The position numbers were made by a program, and so were the translations under genes. From Squalus acanthias (taxonomy: Eukaryota), in assembly GCA_030390025.1 (NCBI GenBank), contig CM059432.1, forward strand, positions 152,460,001 to 152,524,000: 64,000 bases of DNA. The letters run 5' to 3'. Shown one piece after another: positions 24,992 through 38,100 of the stretch (within the stretch, counting starts at the first letter, position 1; each line of letters starts with the position of its first letter). The notes under the pieces were generated by a model. The model ran no database searches. It was not told the DNA's origin and was given only the letters and a program-made list of their open reading frames with translations.

Positions 24992-25677
24992 GTGTGTCAG
25001 CTGTGGCTCAGTTGTGAGCACCCTTGCCTCTGAGTCAGGAGGTTGTGGGTTCAAGTCGCACTCCAGAGACTTGAGTGCAAATATCTAGGTTGACACTCCA
25101 GTGCTACACTGTCAGAGGTACTGTTTTTCAGATGAGACGTTAAACCGAGGCTCCGTTTGCTCCCTCAGTTGGATGTTAACGATATCATGGCACTATTTCG
25201 AAGAAGAGCAGGGGAGTTATCCCTGGTCTGCTGGCCAATATTTATCCCTCAATCAACATCACTAAAACAGATTATCTTGTTTTTATCACATTGCTGTTTG
25301 TGGGAGCTTGCTGTGCGCAAATTGGCTGCCACGTTTCCCACATTACAACAGTGACTACACTTCGAAAAGTACTTCATTGGCTGTAAAGCGCTTAGGGACG
25401 TTCGGTGGTTGACATAAGAAAACTACTAGGCACTTGGTCTAAGCGTTAAACAAAGCTTTAATCAACTGTTTTTCAACATGGAGATCTAGTTGTGTCCTTC
25501 ACTAGTTCCTGTTAAAGAATGTCCTGAGCAAGCTGGGCCCATGCCCGAGTATTTATACTCTCCCTGGACAGCGCCACCAGCAGGCCACCCAGTATTATTT
25601 CATAAGTAATTTCCACATGAATGACAAGATTCATGTCAGTGGTCGTGAAAGGCGCTATAGAAATTCTTTTTTTTCTT
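24992..25677 (+). mobile_element. SacSINE1-like SINE, split by a solo LTR
   Basis: tRNA head (tggctcagttg..ggttcaagtc), Deu-like core; the L2-type tail resumes at 25639. Confidence 0.85.
25410..25638 (-). mobile_element. Solo LTR (229 bp) of an unidentified LTR retrotransposon
   Basis: TGACAT...ATGTCA termini; 5-bp TSD GTGGT at 25405-25409 and 25639-25643; TATAAA and ATTAAA on the minus strand. Confidence 0.85.
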
Positions 25678-25764
25678 CCACCACCCTTTGAGACAGTGCA
25701 TCCCGGATCATAACAACGCACTGCGTTTTAAAAAAAAGAAATTAAAAGAAAATTCTCCTAATTT

Positions 25765-26140
25765 CCTGGCCCCCCAGTTCTTTTGCCAATGACCTTAAAT
25801 CTGTGTCCTCTGGTTACCGACCCTCGTGCCAGTGAAAACTGTTTCTACTTATTTACTCCATCAAAACCCTTCATAATTTTGAACACCTCTATTAAATCTC
25901 CCCTTAACCTTCTCTGCTCTAAGAACAATCCCAGCTTCTCTAGTCTCTGAACTGGAGATTTATTTAACTGAAGTCCCTCATCCCTGGTATAATTCTAGTA
26001 AATCTCCTCTGCACCCTCTCCAAGGCCTTGACATACTTCCTGAAGTGTAGTGCCCAGAATTGAATACGATACTGCAATTGAGACCTAACCAGTGATTTAT
26101 AAAGATTTGGTATAATTTCCTTGCTTTTGTACTCTATGCA
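25765..26140 (-). mobile_element. CR1 ORF2 3' fragment
   Basis: ORF 25964-26161 LYKSLVRSQLQY.IQFW..KALERVQRRFTR. Confidence 0.85.
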
Positions 26141-26234
26141 ATTAAAACAAATATTTTTCACCTCCCAGCCCTGTCAAAAAAGTGATATCGCGTTATTTAT
26201 CCTGATGTTTTTAATTAATCATATGCTATCTCCT

Positions 26235-26286
26235 GTGTCAGCTTGGCTCCGTTAGCAGCACTTTCATCTTTGAGTCAGAAGATTAA
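26235..26286 (+). mobile_element. 5' half of a SacSINE1-like SINE split by the large Harbinger (remainder at 41733-~41835)
   Basis: gtgtcagcttggctc..gagtcagaag continues after 41732 as ttgttcaagccccaatccgagcactaaatccaggct, colinear with the SINE at 24992. Confidence 0.7.
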
Positions 26287-26449
26287 TTCGGTATCGCCTC
26301 GGTTGGGGCGCTAAATTTTAAAAAGTTGGAGAATTAGTGCCAGGTTCTAATCCTGCTGACCTGCTGCTAACTTGATTGTTAGCGCTCCAAGAAAGAGCTG
26401 GAGCGCTAAATCAAGCGCTAATCACCTAACTTAGGGCGTTAAACACAAA

Positions 26450-27342
26450 GGGGGAAAAATTCAGTTGGTTGCGCCTCCCGTTAGCGCCTTAAGAGGGCGC
26501 TAATGGGGCGCAAAGCATCTAGCGCCCAGGCGCGGCGAAGTTTGTGCCGCTCGCGAAATTAACTAGACATTTTGCGGCGGCGCTAAACACTACCGCCACG
26601 ATCTCCTGCGCCGGCAGATCATGACGTCAGTCGAGTGTGCAACGCCCTGGTATCGCCCCGGAGCGGATATTGAGTGGCGCCCCCTGCCTTACCACCTGAC
26701 GCTAGCAACGACAGGTTGAGGGGAGCGTTCTGCAGTCATGAAGGGAAAGGGGGAGCGCTATTTAAAGGTGACCGCTTCCTGCCTTTTATTGTTGGTGCCA
26801 TTTTTGAACTACGCATTCTGAGAGAGAGAGGGAGAGACTTCTGGAGAGATTCAACGTTGTGTGAAGGAGTTTTGGGTACTGAGCAGCACTTTGCAGGTTC
26901 ATTTTGATTTGCCATTCCTTGTATCGATTTAGCAGAGACTGTGGGGGCTGCACTCTGAGCTCTTTGCCTGGTACTCTCCATTGTTCATTCCAGCACATTT
27001 GATGTGCAAGTCTCTCCAGGCCGAGATTCAAGGCTGCAATGAACAGGATGTGGATGGAAAGCAAGATTAACCATCCCCTTTAAGAACTGGCCCATGCCAT
27101 TGTGTGTGTGTTCCATTGCTGACTGACATCACATGAGCTTCGCCAGCGCTCTGAGTTAGCGCCTCACTCCTCGGCCTTTGCGCCTTAAGACAGGTGTGCA
27201 GCGCCTGATTTAGCGCTCCAATCACCTCCCGGGGCGTTAAAAGTGAAGTTTCCAGTCAGTGGCGATAATTAGCGCCAGGCGCTAATCTTTGCGCCCGGAC
27301 GATATTTGCGCCCCAAATGGGGCGCGACTGAATTTTTCCCCC
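26450..27342. mobile_element. Non-autonomous Harbinger (MITE), 893 bp
   Basis: 16-bp TIR GGGGGAAAAATTCAGT / ACTGAATTTTTCCCCC; 3-bp TSD AAA; homologous (inverted) to 46978-48164. Confidence 0.92.
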
Positions 27343-27345
27343 AAA

Positions 27346-30300
27346 GAGCGGGGCGCTACACACAGAGAGCGGGGTGCTACCCACAGAGAGCGGGGCGCTA
27401 CCCACAGAGAGCGGGACGCTACCCACAGAGAGCGGGGCGCTACCCACAGAGAGCGGGGCGCTACCCACAGAGAGCGGGGCGCTACCCACAGAGAGAGCAG
27501 GGCGTTAAACACAGAGAGCGGGGCGCTACACACACAGAGAGAGCGGGGCGCTACACACACAGAGAGCGGGGCGTTACACACACAGAGAGCGGGGCGTTAC
27601 ACAGAGAGAGAGCGGGGCGTTACACAGAGAGAGCGGGGCGCGACACACACAGAGAGCGGGGCGCTACACACACAGAGAGTGCGGGGCGCTACACACAGAG
27701 AGAGTGGGGCGCTACACACACACACAGAGAGCGGGGCGCTATACACAGAAAAAGCGGGGCGTTACACACAGAGAGTGGGGCGCTACACACAGAGAGAGCG
27801 GGGCGCTACACACAGAGAGAGCGGGGCGCTACACACAGAGAGAGCGGGGCGCTACACACAGAGAGAGCGGGGCGCTACACAGAGAGAGAGCAGGGCGTTA
27901 CACAGAGAGAGCGGGGCGCGACACACACAGAGAGCGGGGCGCTACACACACAGAGAGAGCGGGGCGCTATACACAGAGTTGGGGCGCTACACACACAGAG
28001 AGCGGGGCACTACACAGAGCGAGAGAGTGGGGCGCTGCACACAGAGAGAGCAGGGCGCTACACACACAGAGAGTGGGGCGCTACCCACAGAGAGAGAGCG
28101 GGGCGCTACACACAGAGAGAGCGGGGCGCTACACACAGAGAGAGCGGGGCGCTACAAACACAGAGAGCGGGGCGCTACACACAGAGAGAGCGGGGCGCTA
28201 CACACAGAGAGAGCGGGGCGCTACACACACAGAGAGCGGGGCGCTACACACACACAGAGCGGGGCGCTACACACAGAGAGAGCGGGGCGCTACACACAGA
28301 GAGCGGGGCGCTACACACAGAGAGAGCGGGGCGCTACACACACAGAGAGAGCGGGGAGCTACAGACAGAGATAGCTGGGCGCTACACACACAGAGAGCGG
28401 GGCGCTACACACACAGAGAGCGGGGCGCTACACACAGAGAGCGGGGCGCTACACACAGAGAGAGCGGGGCGCTACACACACAGAGAGCGGGGCGCTACAC
28501 AGAGCGAGAGAGCGGGGCGCTGCACACAGAGAGAGAGAGCGGGGCGTTACCCACAGAGAGAGAGAGAGAGCGGGGCGTTACCCACAGAGAGAGAGAGCGG
28601 GGCGTTACCCACAGAGAGAGAGAGAGCGGGGCGCTACACACACAGAGAGCGGGGCATTACACACAGAGAGAGCGGGGCGCTACACAGAGAGAGCGGGCGC
28701 TACACACAGAGAGCGGGGTGCTACACACACAGAGAGAGCGGGGCGCTACACACAGAGAGCGGGGCGTTACACAGAGAGAGAGCGGGGCGTTACACAGAGA
28801 GAGCGGGGCGCGACACACACAGAGAGCGGGGCGCTACACACAGAGAGAGCGGGGCGTTACACACAGAGAGAGCGGGGCGCTACACACCGAGAGAGCGGGG
28901 CGCTACACAGAGCGAGAGAGCGGGGCGCTGCACACAGAGAGAGAGAGCGGGGCGTTACCCACAGAGAGAGAGAGAGAGCGGGGCGTTACCCACAGAGAGA
29001 GAGAGTGGGGCGTTACCCACAGAGAGAGAGAGCGGGGCGCTACACACACAGAGAGAGAGCGGGGCGCTCCACACACAGAGAGAGCGGGGCGTTACACACA
29101 GAGAGAGCGGGGCGCTACACACACACACAGAGAGCTGGGCGATATACACAGAAAAAGCGGGGCGTTACACACAGAGAGTGGGGCGCTACACACAGAGAGA
29201 GAGCGGGGCGCTACACACACACACAGAGAGAGCGGGGCGCTACACACACAGAGAGCGGGGCGCTACACACAGAGAGAGCAGGGCGCTACACACAGAGAGA
29301 GCGGGGCGCTACACACAGAGAGAGCGGGGCGCTACACACAGAGAGAGCGGGGCGCTACACACACAGAGAGAGCGGGGCGCTACACAGAGAGAGAGCGGGG
29401 CGCTACACACAGAGAGAGCGGGGCGCGACACACACAGAGAGCGGGGCGCTACACACACAGAGAGAGTGGGGCGTTACACACAGAGAGCGGGGCGCTATAC
29501 ACAGAGAGAGCGGGGCACTACACACACAGAGAGAGTGGGGCGTTACACACAGAGAGCGGGGCGCTATACACAGAGAGAGCGGGGCACTACACACACAGAG
29601 AGCGGGGCGCTACACAGAGCGAGAGAGCGGGGCGCTGCACACAGAGAGAGAGAGCGGGGCGTTACCCACAGAGAGAGAGAGAGAGCGGGGCGTTACCCAC
29701 AGAGAGAGAGAGCGGGGCGTTACCCACAGAGAGAGAGAGAGCGGGGCGCTACACACACACAGAGCGGGGCGTTACACACAGAGAGAGCGGGGCGTTACAC
29801 ACAGAGAGAGAGCGGGGCGTTACACAGAGAGAGAGAGCGGGGCGCTACACACAGAGAGAGAGCGGGGCGCTACACAGAGAGAGCAGGGCGCTACACAGAG
29901 AGAGTGGGGCACTACACACAGAGAGAGTGGGGCGCTACACACAGAGAGCGGGCACGACACACAGAAAAAGCAGGGCGTTACACAGAGAGAGCGGGGTGCG
30001 ACACGCAGAGAGAGAACGGGGCGTTACACAGAGAGAGAGCGGGGCGCTACACACAGAGAGCGGGGCGCTACACACACAGAGAGAGCGGGGCACTACACAC
30101 ACAGAGAGAGCGGGGCGTTACACACAGAGAGCGGGGTGCTACACAGAGAGAGAGCGGGGCGCTACACACAGAGAGCGCGGGGCGCTACCCACAGAGAGCG
30201 GGGCACTACACAGAGAGAGAGCGGGGCACTACACAGAGAGAGAGCGGGGCGCTACACACAGAGAGCGGGGCGCGACACACACAGAGAGAGAGCGGGGCGC

Positions 30301-33300
30301 TACACAGAGAGAGAGCGGGGCGCTACACACAGAGAGCGGGGCGCTACACACAGAGAGAGAGCGGGGCACTACACACAGAGAGAGCGGGGCGCTACACACA
30401 GAGAGAGCGGGGCGCTACACACACAGAGAGCGGGATGCTACACACACAGAGAGCGGGGCGTTACACACAGAGAGAGCGGGGCGCTACACACACAGAGAGC
30501 GGGGTGTTACACACAGAGAGAGCGGGGCGCTACACAGAGAGAGCGGGGCGCTACCCACACAGAGAGAGCGGGGCGTTAAACACAGAGAGCAGGGCGCTAC
30601 CCACAGAGAGAGAGAGCGGGGCGCTACACACAGAGAGCGGGGCGCTACACACACACAGAGAGAGCGGGGCGCTACACACACAGAGAGCGGGGCGTTACAC
30701 ACAGAGAGAGCGGGGCGCTACACACAGAGAGAGCGGGGTGTTACACACAGAGAGAGCGGGGCGCTACACACACAGAGAGCGGGGCGCGACACACACAGAG
30801 AGCGGGGCGCTACACACACAGAGAGAGCGGGGCGCTACACACACACAGAGAGAGCGGGGCGCTACACACAGAGAGAGCGGGGCGCTACACACAGAGAGAG
30901 CGGGGCGCTACACACAGAGAGAGCGGGGCGCTACACACAGAGAGAGCGGGGCGCTACACACAGAGAGAGTGGGGCGCTACACAGAGAGAGAGCAGGGCGT
31001 TACACAGAGAGAGCGGGGCGTGACACACACAGAGAGCGGGGCGCTACACACACAGAGAGAGCGGGGCGTTACACACAGAGAGCGGGGCGCTATACACAGA
31101 GAGAGCGGGGCGTTACACAGAGAGAGAGAGCGGGGCGCTACACACAGAGAGAGCGGGGCGCTACACACACAGAGAGCGGGGCGCTACACACACAGAGAGC
31201 GGGGCGCTACCCACAGAGAGAGAGCGGGGCGCTACACACAGAGAGAGCGGGGCGCTACACACACAGAGAGCGGGGCGCTACACACAGAGAGAGCGGGGCG
31301 TTACACAGAGAGAGAGAGCGGGGCGCTACACACAGAGATAGCTGGGCGCTACACACACAGAGAGCGGGGCGCTACACACACAGAGAGCGGGGCGTTACAC
31401 ACACAGAGAGAGCGGGGCGCTACACACCGAGAGAGCGGGGCGCTACACACACAGAGAGCGGGGCGCTACACAGAGCGAGAGAGCGGGGCGCTGCACACAG
31501 AGAGAGAGAGCGGGGCGTTACCGACAGAGAGAGAGAGAGCGGGGCGTTACCCACAGAGAGAGAGAGCGGGGCGTTACCCACAGAGAGAGAGAGCGGGGCG
31601 CTACACACACAGAGAGCGGGGCGTTACACACAGAGAGAGCGGGGCGCTACACAGAGAGAGCGGGGCGCTACACAGAGAGAGCGGGGCGCTACACAGAGAA
31701 AGCGGGGCGCTACACAGAGCGAGCGGTGCGCTACACAGAGAGAGCGGGGCGCTACACAGAGCGAGCGGTGCGCTACACACACAGAGAGAGCGGGGCGCTA
31801 CACATACAGAGAGTGGGGCGTTACACAGAGAGAGAGCGGGGCGTTACACAGAGAGAGCGGGGCGCGACACACACAGAGAGCGGGGCGCTACACACACAGA
31901 GAGAGCGGGGCGCTACACACACAGAGAGAGAGCGGGGCGCTCCACACACAGAGAGAGCGGGGCGTTACACACAGAGAGAGCGGGGCGCTACACACACACA
32001 CAGAGAGCTGGGCGATATACACAGAAAAAGCGGGGCGTTACACACAGAGAGTGGGGCGCTACACACAGAGAGAGCGGGGCGCTACACACAGAGAGAGCGG
32101 GGCGCTACACACAGAGAGAGCGGGGCGCTACACACACAGAGAGCGGGGCGCTACACACACAGAGAGAGTGGGGCGTTACACACAGAGAGCGGGGCGCTAT
32201 ACACAGAGAGAGCGGGGCACTACACACACAGAGAGCGGGGCGCTACACAGAGCGAGAGAGCGGGGCGCTGCACACACAGAGAGAGAGAGCGGGGCGTTAC
32301 CCACAGAGAGAGAGAGAGCGGGGCGTTACCCACAGAGAGAGAGCGGGGCGTTACCCACAGAGAGAGAGAGCGGGGCGCTACACACACAGAGAGCGGGGCG
32401 TTACACACAGAGAGAGCGGGGCGTTACACACAGAGAGGGAGCGGGGCGTTACACACAGAGAGAGAGCGGGGCGTTACACACACAGAGAGAGCGGGGCGCT
32501 ACACAGAGAGAGCAGGGCGCTACACAGAGAGAGTGGGGCACTACACACAGAGAGAGCGGGGCGTTACACAGAGAGAGTGGGGTGCGACACACAGAGAGAG
32601 AACGGGGCGTTACACAGAGAGAGAGCGGGGCGCTACACACAGAGAGCGGGGCGCTACACACACAGAGAGAGCGGGGCGCTACACACACAGAGAGAGCGGG
32701 GCGTTACACACAGAGAGCGGGGCGCTACACAGAGAGAGAGCGGGGCGCTACACACAGAGAGAGCGGGGCGCTACACACAGAAAAAGCGGGGTGTTACACA
32801 CAGAGAGCGGGGCACTACACAGAGAGAGCGGGGCACTACACAGAGAGAGAGCGGGGCGCTACACGCAGAGAGAGCGGGGCGCTACACACACAGAGAGAGA
32901 GCGGGGCGCTACACACACAGAGAGAGCGGGGCGTTACACACAGAGAGCAGGGCGCTACACACAGAGAGAGCGGGGCGCTACACACAGAAAAAGCGGGGTG
33001 TTACACACAGAGAGCGGGGCACTACACAGAGAGAGAGCGGGGCACTACACAGAGAGAGAGCGGGGCGCTACACGCAGAGAGAGAGCGGGGCGCTACACAC
33101 AGAGAGAGCGGGGCGCTACACACAGAGAGAGCGGGGCGCTACACACAGAGAGAGCGGGGCGTTACACACACAGAGAGTGGGGCGTTACACACAGAGAGAG
33201 CGGGGCGCTACACACAGAGAGAGCGGGGCGCTACACACACAGAGAGCGGGGCGCTACACACACACAGAGAGCAGGGTGTTACACAGAGAGAGCGGGGCGC

Positions 33301-36300
33301 TACACACGGAGAGTGGGGTGTTACACACAGAGAGCGGGGCGCTACACACAGAGAGCGGGGCGCTACACACACACAGAGAGCAGGGTGTTACACAGAGAGA
33401 GCGGGGCGTTAAACACAGAGAGCAGGGCGCTACCCACAGAGAGCGGGGCGCTACACACACACAGAGAGCAGGGTGTTACACAGAGAGAGCGGGGCGCTAC
33501 ACACGGAGAGCGGGGCGCTACACACAGAGAGCGGGGCACTACACACAGAGAGAGCGGGGCGCTACACACAGAGAGAGCGGGGCGCTACACACAGAGAGCG
33601 GGGCACTACACACAGAGAGAGCGGGGCACTACACACAGAGAGAGCGGGGCGCTACACACAGAGAGAGCGGGGCGCTACACACAGAGAGAGCGGGGCGCTA
33701 CACACACAGAGAGCGGGGCGCTACACACAGAGAGAGCGGGGCACTACACACAGAGAGCGGGGCACTACACACAGAGAGAGCGGGGCGCTACACACAGAGA
33801 GAGCGGGGCGCTACACACAGAGAGCGGGGCACTACACACAGAGAGAGCGGGGCACTACACACAGAGAGCGGGGCACTACACACAGAGAGAGCGGGGCGCT
33901 ACACACAGAGAGAGAGCGGGGCGCTACACACAGAGAGAGCGGGGCGCTACACACAGAGAGCGGGGCACTACACACAGAGAGAGCGGGGCGCTACACACAG
34001 AGAGAGCGGGGCACTACACACAGAGAGAGCGGGGCGCTACACACAGAGAGCGGGGCACTACACACAGAGAGAGCGGGGCGCTACACACAGAGAGAGCGGG
34101 GCGCTACACACAGAGAGCGGGGCGCTACACACAGAGAGAGAGCCGGGCGCTACACACAGAGAGAGCGGGGCGCTACCCACAGAGAGAGAGCGGGGCGCTA
34201 TACACACAGAGAGAGCGGGGCGCTACCCACAGAGAGAGAGCGGGGCGCTACACACAGAGAGAGCGGGGCGTTACACACAGAGAGAGAGAGCGGGGCGCTA
34301 CACACAGAGAGAGAGCGGGGCGCTAAACACAGAGAGAGAGAGCGGGGCGCTATACACAGAGAGAGAGCGGGGCGCTACACACAGATAGAGCGGGGCGCTA
34401 CACACAGAGAGAGAGCGGGGCTTACACACACAGAGAGAGCGGGGCGCTACACACAGAGAGAGAGCGGGGCTTACACACACACAGAGAGCGGGGCGCTACA
34501 CACACAGAGAGCGGGGCGCTACACACAGAGAGAGCGGGGCGCTACACACAGAGAGCGGGGCGCTACACACACACAGAGAGAGCGGGGCGCTACACACAGA
34601 GAGCGGGGCGCTACCCACACAGAGAGAGAGCGGGGCGCTACACACAGAGAGCGGGGCGCTACACACACACACAGAGAGAGCGTGGCGCTACACACAGAGA
34701 GCGGGGCGCTACACACACAGAGAGAGAGCGGGGCGCTACACACACACACAGAGAGCGGGGTGTTACACACAGAGAGCGGGGCGCTACACACACAGAGAGA
34801 GCGGGGCGCTACACACAGAGAGAGCGGGGCGCTACACACAGAGAGAGAGCGGGGCGCTACACACAGAGAGAGCGGGGCGCTACACACAGAGAGAGCGGGG
34901 CGCTACACACAGAGAGAGAGCGGGGCGCTACACACAGAGAGAGCGGGGCGCTACACACAGAGAGAGCGGGGCGTTACACACAGAGAGAGAGCGGGGCGCT
35001 ACACAGAGAGAGCGGGGCGCTACACACACAGAGAGAGCGGGGCGCTACACACACAGAGAGAGCGGGGCTTACACACACACAGAGAGCGGGGCGCTACACA
35101 CAGAGAGAGCGGGGCGCTACACACACAGAGAGAGCGGGGCGCTACACACAGAGAGAGCGGGGCGTTACACACAGAGAGAGAGCGGGGCGCTACACACACA
35201 GAGAGAGCGGGGCGCTACACACAGAGAGAGCGGGGCGTTACACACAGAGAGAGAGCGGGACGCTACACACAGAGAGCGGGGCACTACACACAGAAAAAGC
35301 GGGGCGTTACACAGAGAGAGTGGGGTGCGACACACAGAGAGAGAACGGAGCGTTACACAGAGAGAGAGCGGGGCGCTACACACAGAGAGCGGGGCGCTAC
35401 ACACACAGAGAGAGCGGGGCACTACACACAGAGAGAGCGGGGCGCTACACACAGAGAGCGGGGCACTACACACAGAAAAAGCGGGGCGTTACACAGAGAG
35501 AGTGGGGTGCGACACACAGAGAGAGAACGGAGCGTTACACAGAGAGAGAGCGGGGCGCTACACACAGAGAGCGGGGCGCTACACACACAGAGAGAGCGGG
35601 GCACTACACACAGAGAGAGCGGGGCGCTACACACAGAGAGAGAGCGGGGCACTACACACAGAGAGAGCGGGGCGCTACACACACAGAGAGAGCGGGGCGT
35701 TACACACAGAGAGCAGGGCGCTACACACAGAGAGAGCGGGGCGCTACCCACAGAGAGCGGGGCGCTACACACAGAAAAAGCGGGGTGTTACACACAGAGA
35801 GCGGGGCACTACACAGAGAGAGCGGGGCAGTACACAGAGAGAGAGCGGGGCACTACACAGAGAGAGAGTGGGGCGCTACACGCAGAGAGAGAGCGGGGCG
35901 CTACACGCAGAGAGAGAGCGGGGCACTACACAGAGAGAGAGTGGGGCGCTACACGCAGAGAGAGAGCGGGGCGCTACACACAGAGAGAGAGCGGGGCGCT
36001 ACACAGAGAGAGCGGGGCGCTACACGCAGAGAGAGAGCGGGGCGCTACACACAGAGAGAGCGGGGCGCTACACACAGAGAGAGCGGGGCGCTACACACAG
36101 AGAGAGCGGGGCGCTACCCACAGAGAGCGGGGCGCTACACACACAGAGAGCGGGGCGCTACACACAGAGAGAGAGCGGGGCGCTACACACAGAGAGAGAG
36201 CGGGGCACTACACAGAGAGAGAGTGGGGCGCTACACGCAGAGAGAGAGCGGGGCGCTACACACAGAGAGAGAGCGGGGCGCTACACAGAGAGAGCGGGGC

Positions 36301-37938
36301 GCTACACGCAGAGAGAGAGCGGGGCGCTACACACAGAGAGAGCGGGGCGCTACACACAGAGAGAGCGGGGCGCTACACACAGAGAGAGCGGGGCGCTACC
36401 CACAGAGAGCGGGGCGCTACACACACACAGAGAGAGCAGGGTGTTACACAGAGAGAGCGGGGCGCTACACACGGAGAGTGGGGTGTTACACACAGAGAGC
36501 GGGGCGCTACACACAGAGAGCGGGGCGCTACACACAGAGAGCGGGGCGCTACACACAGAGAGAGCGGGGCGCTACACACAGAGAGAGCGGGGCGCTACAC
36601 AGAGCGAGAGCGGGGCGCTACACACAGAGAGAGCGGGGCGCTACACACAGAGAGCGGGGCACTACACACAGAGAGAGCGGGGCGCTACACACAGAGAGAG
36701 CGGGGCGCTACACACAGAGAGCGGGGCGCTACACACAGAGAGAGAGCCGGGCGCTACACACAGATAGAGCGGGGCGCTACCCACAGAGAGAGAGCGGGGC
36801 GCTATACACAGAGAGAGAGCGGGGCGCTACACACAGAGAGAGCGGGGCGCTACACACAGAGAGAGAGAGCGGGGCGCTACACACAGAGAGAGAGCGGGGC
36901 GCTAAACACAGAGAGAGAGCGGGGCGCTATACACAGAGAGAGAGCGGGGCGCTACACACAGATAGAGCGGGGCGCTACACACAGAGAGAGAGCGGGGCTT
37001 ACACACACAGAGAGAACGGGGCGCTACACACAGAGAGAGAGCGGGGCTTACACACACAGAGAGAGCGGGGCGCTACACACACAGAGAGAGCGGGGCGCTA
37101 CACACAGAGAGAGCGGGGCGCTACACACACAGAGAGAGCGGGGCGCTACACACACAGAGAGAGCGGGGCGCTACACACAGAGAGAGAGCGGGGCGCTACA
37201 CACACAGAGAGAGCGGGGCGCTACACACAGAGAGAGCGGGGCGTTACACACAGAGAGAGAGCGGGGCGCTACACACAGAGAGAGCGGGGCGTTACACACA
37301 GAGAGAGCGGGGCGTTACACACACAGAGAGCGGGGCGCTACACACAGAGAGAGCGGGGCGTTACACACAGAGAGAGCGGGGCGTTACACACAGAGAGAGC
37401 GGGGCGTTACACACACAGAGAGCGGGGCGCTACACACAGAGAGTGGGAGGCTACACGCACAGAGAGCGGGGCGTTACACACAGAGAGAGCGGGGCGTTAC
37501 ACACAGAGAGTGGGGCGTTACACACAGAGAGTGGGGCGTTACACACAGAGAGTGGGGCGTTACACACAGAGAGCGGGGCGTTACACACAGAGAGCGGGTC
37601 ATTACACACACAGAGAGAGCGGGGCGCTACACACAGAGAGAGCGGGGCGCTACACACAGAGAGAGAGAGCGGGGCGCTACACACACAGAGAGAGCGGGGC
37701 GCTACACACAGAGAGCGGGGCTCTACACAGAGAGAGAGAACGGGGCACTACACACACAGAGAGCGGGGCACTACCCACAGAGAGAGCGGGGCGCTACCCA
37801 CACAGAGCGCGGGCGCTACACACACAGAGAGAGCGGGGCACTACACACAGAGAGAGCGGGGCGCTACACACAGAGAGCGGGGCGCTACACACAGAGAGCG
37901 GGGCGTTACACAGAGAGAGCGTGGCGCTACCCGCAGAG
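27346..37938. repeat. Minisatellite, unit GAGCGGGGCGCTAC(AC)n(AG)n, ~22-30 bp, roughly 400 copies
   Basis: Uninterrupted tandem array with variant units (cgtta, cacta, ctaccc); copy number estimated as length divided by unit size. Confidence 0.98.
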
Positions 37939-38100
37939 CGATAACCAATTTCAGCTGCACTTCAATCGGGACTCATCATTCACACTGGCTTCTTCCAGTT
38001 CTTAAAGGGGAGGTTCATTCATTCTGCACAACCTCATTCTCAACATTGTTGGCCCTGAAGGTGACCTCCAAGCAACTCACCAGCTACACCTCTTATCCTC

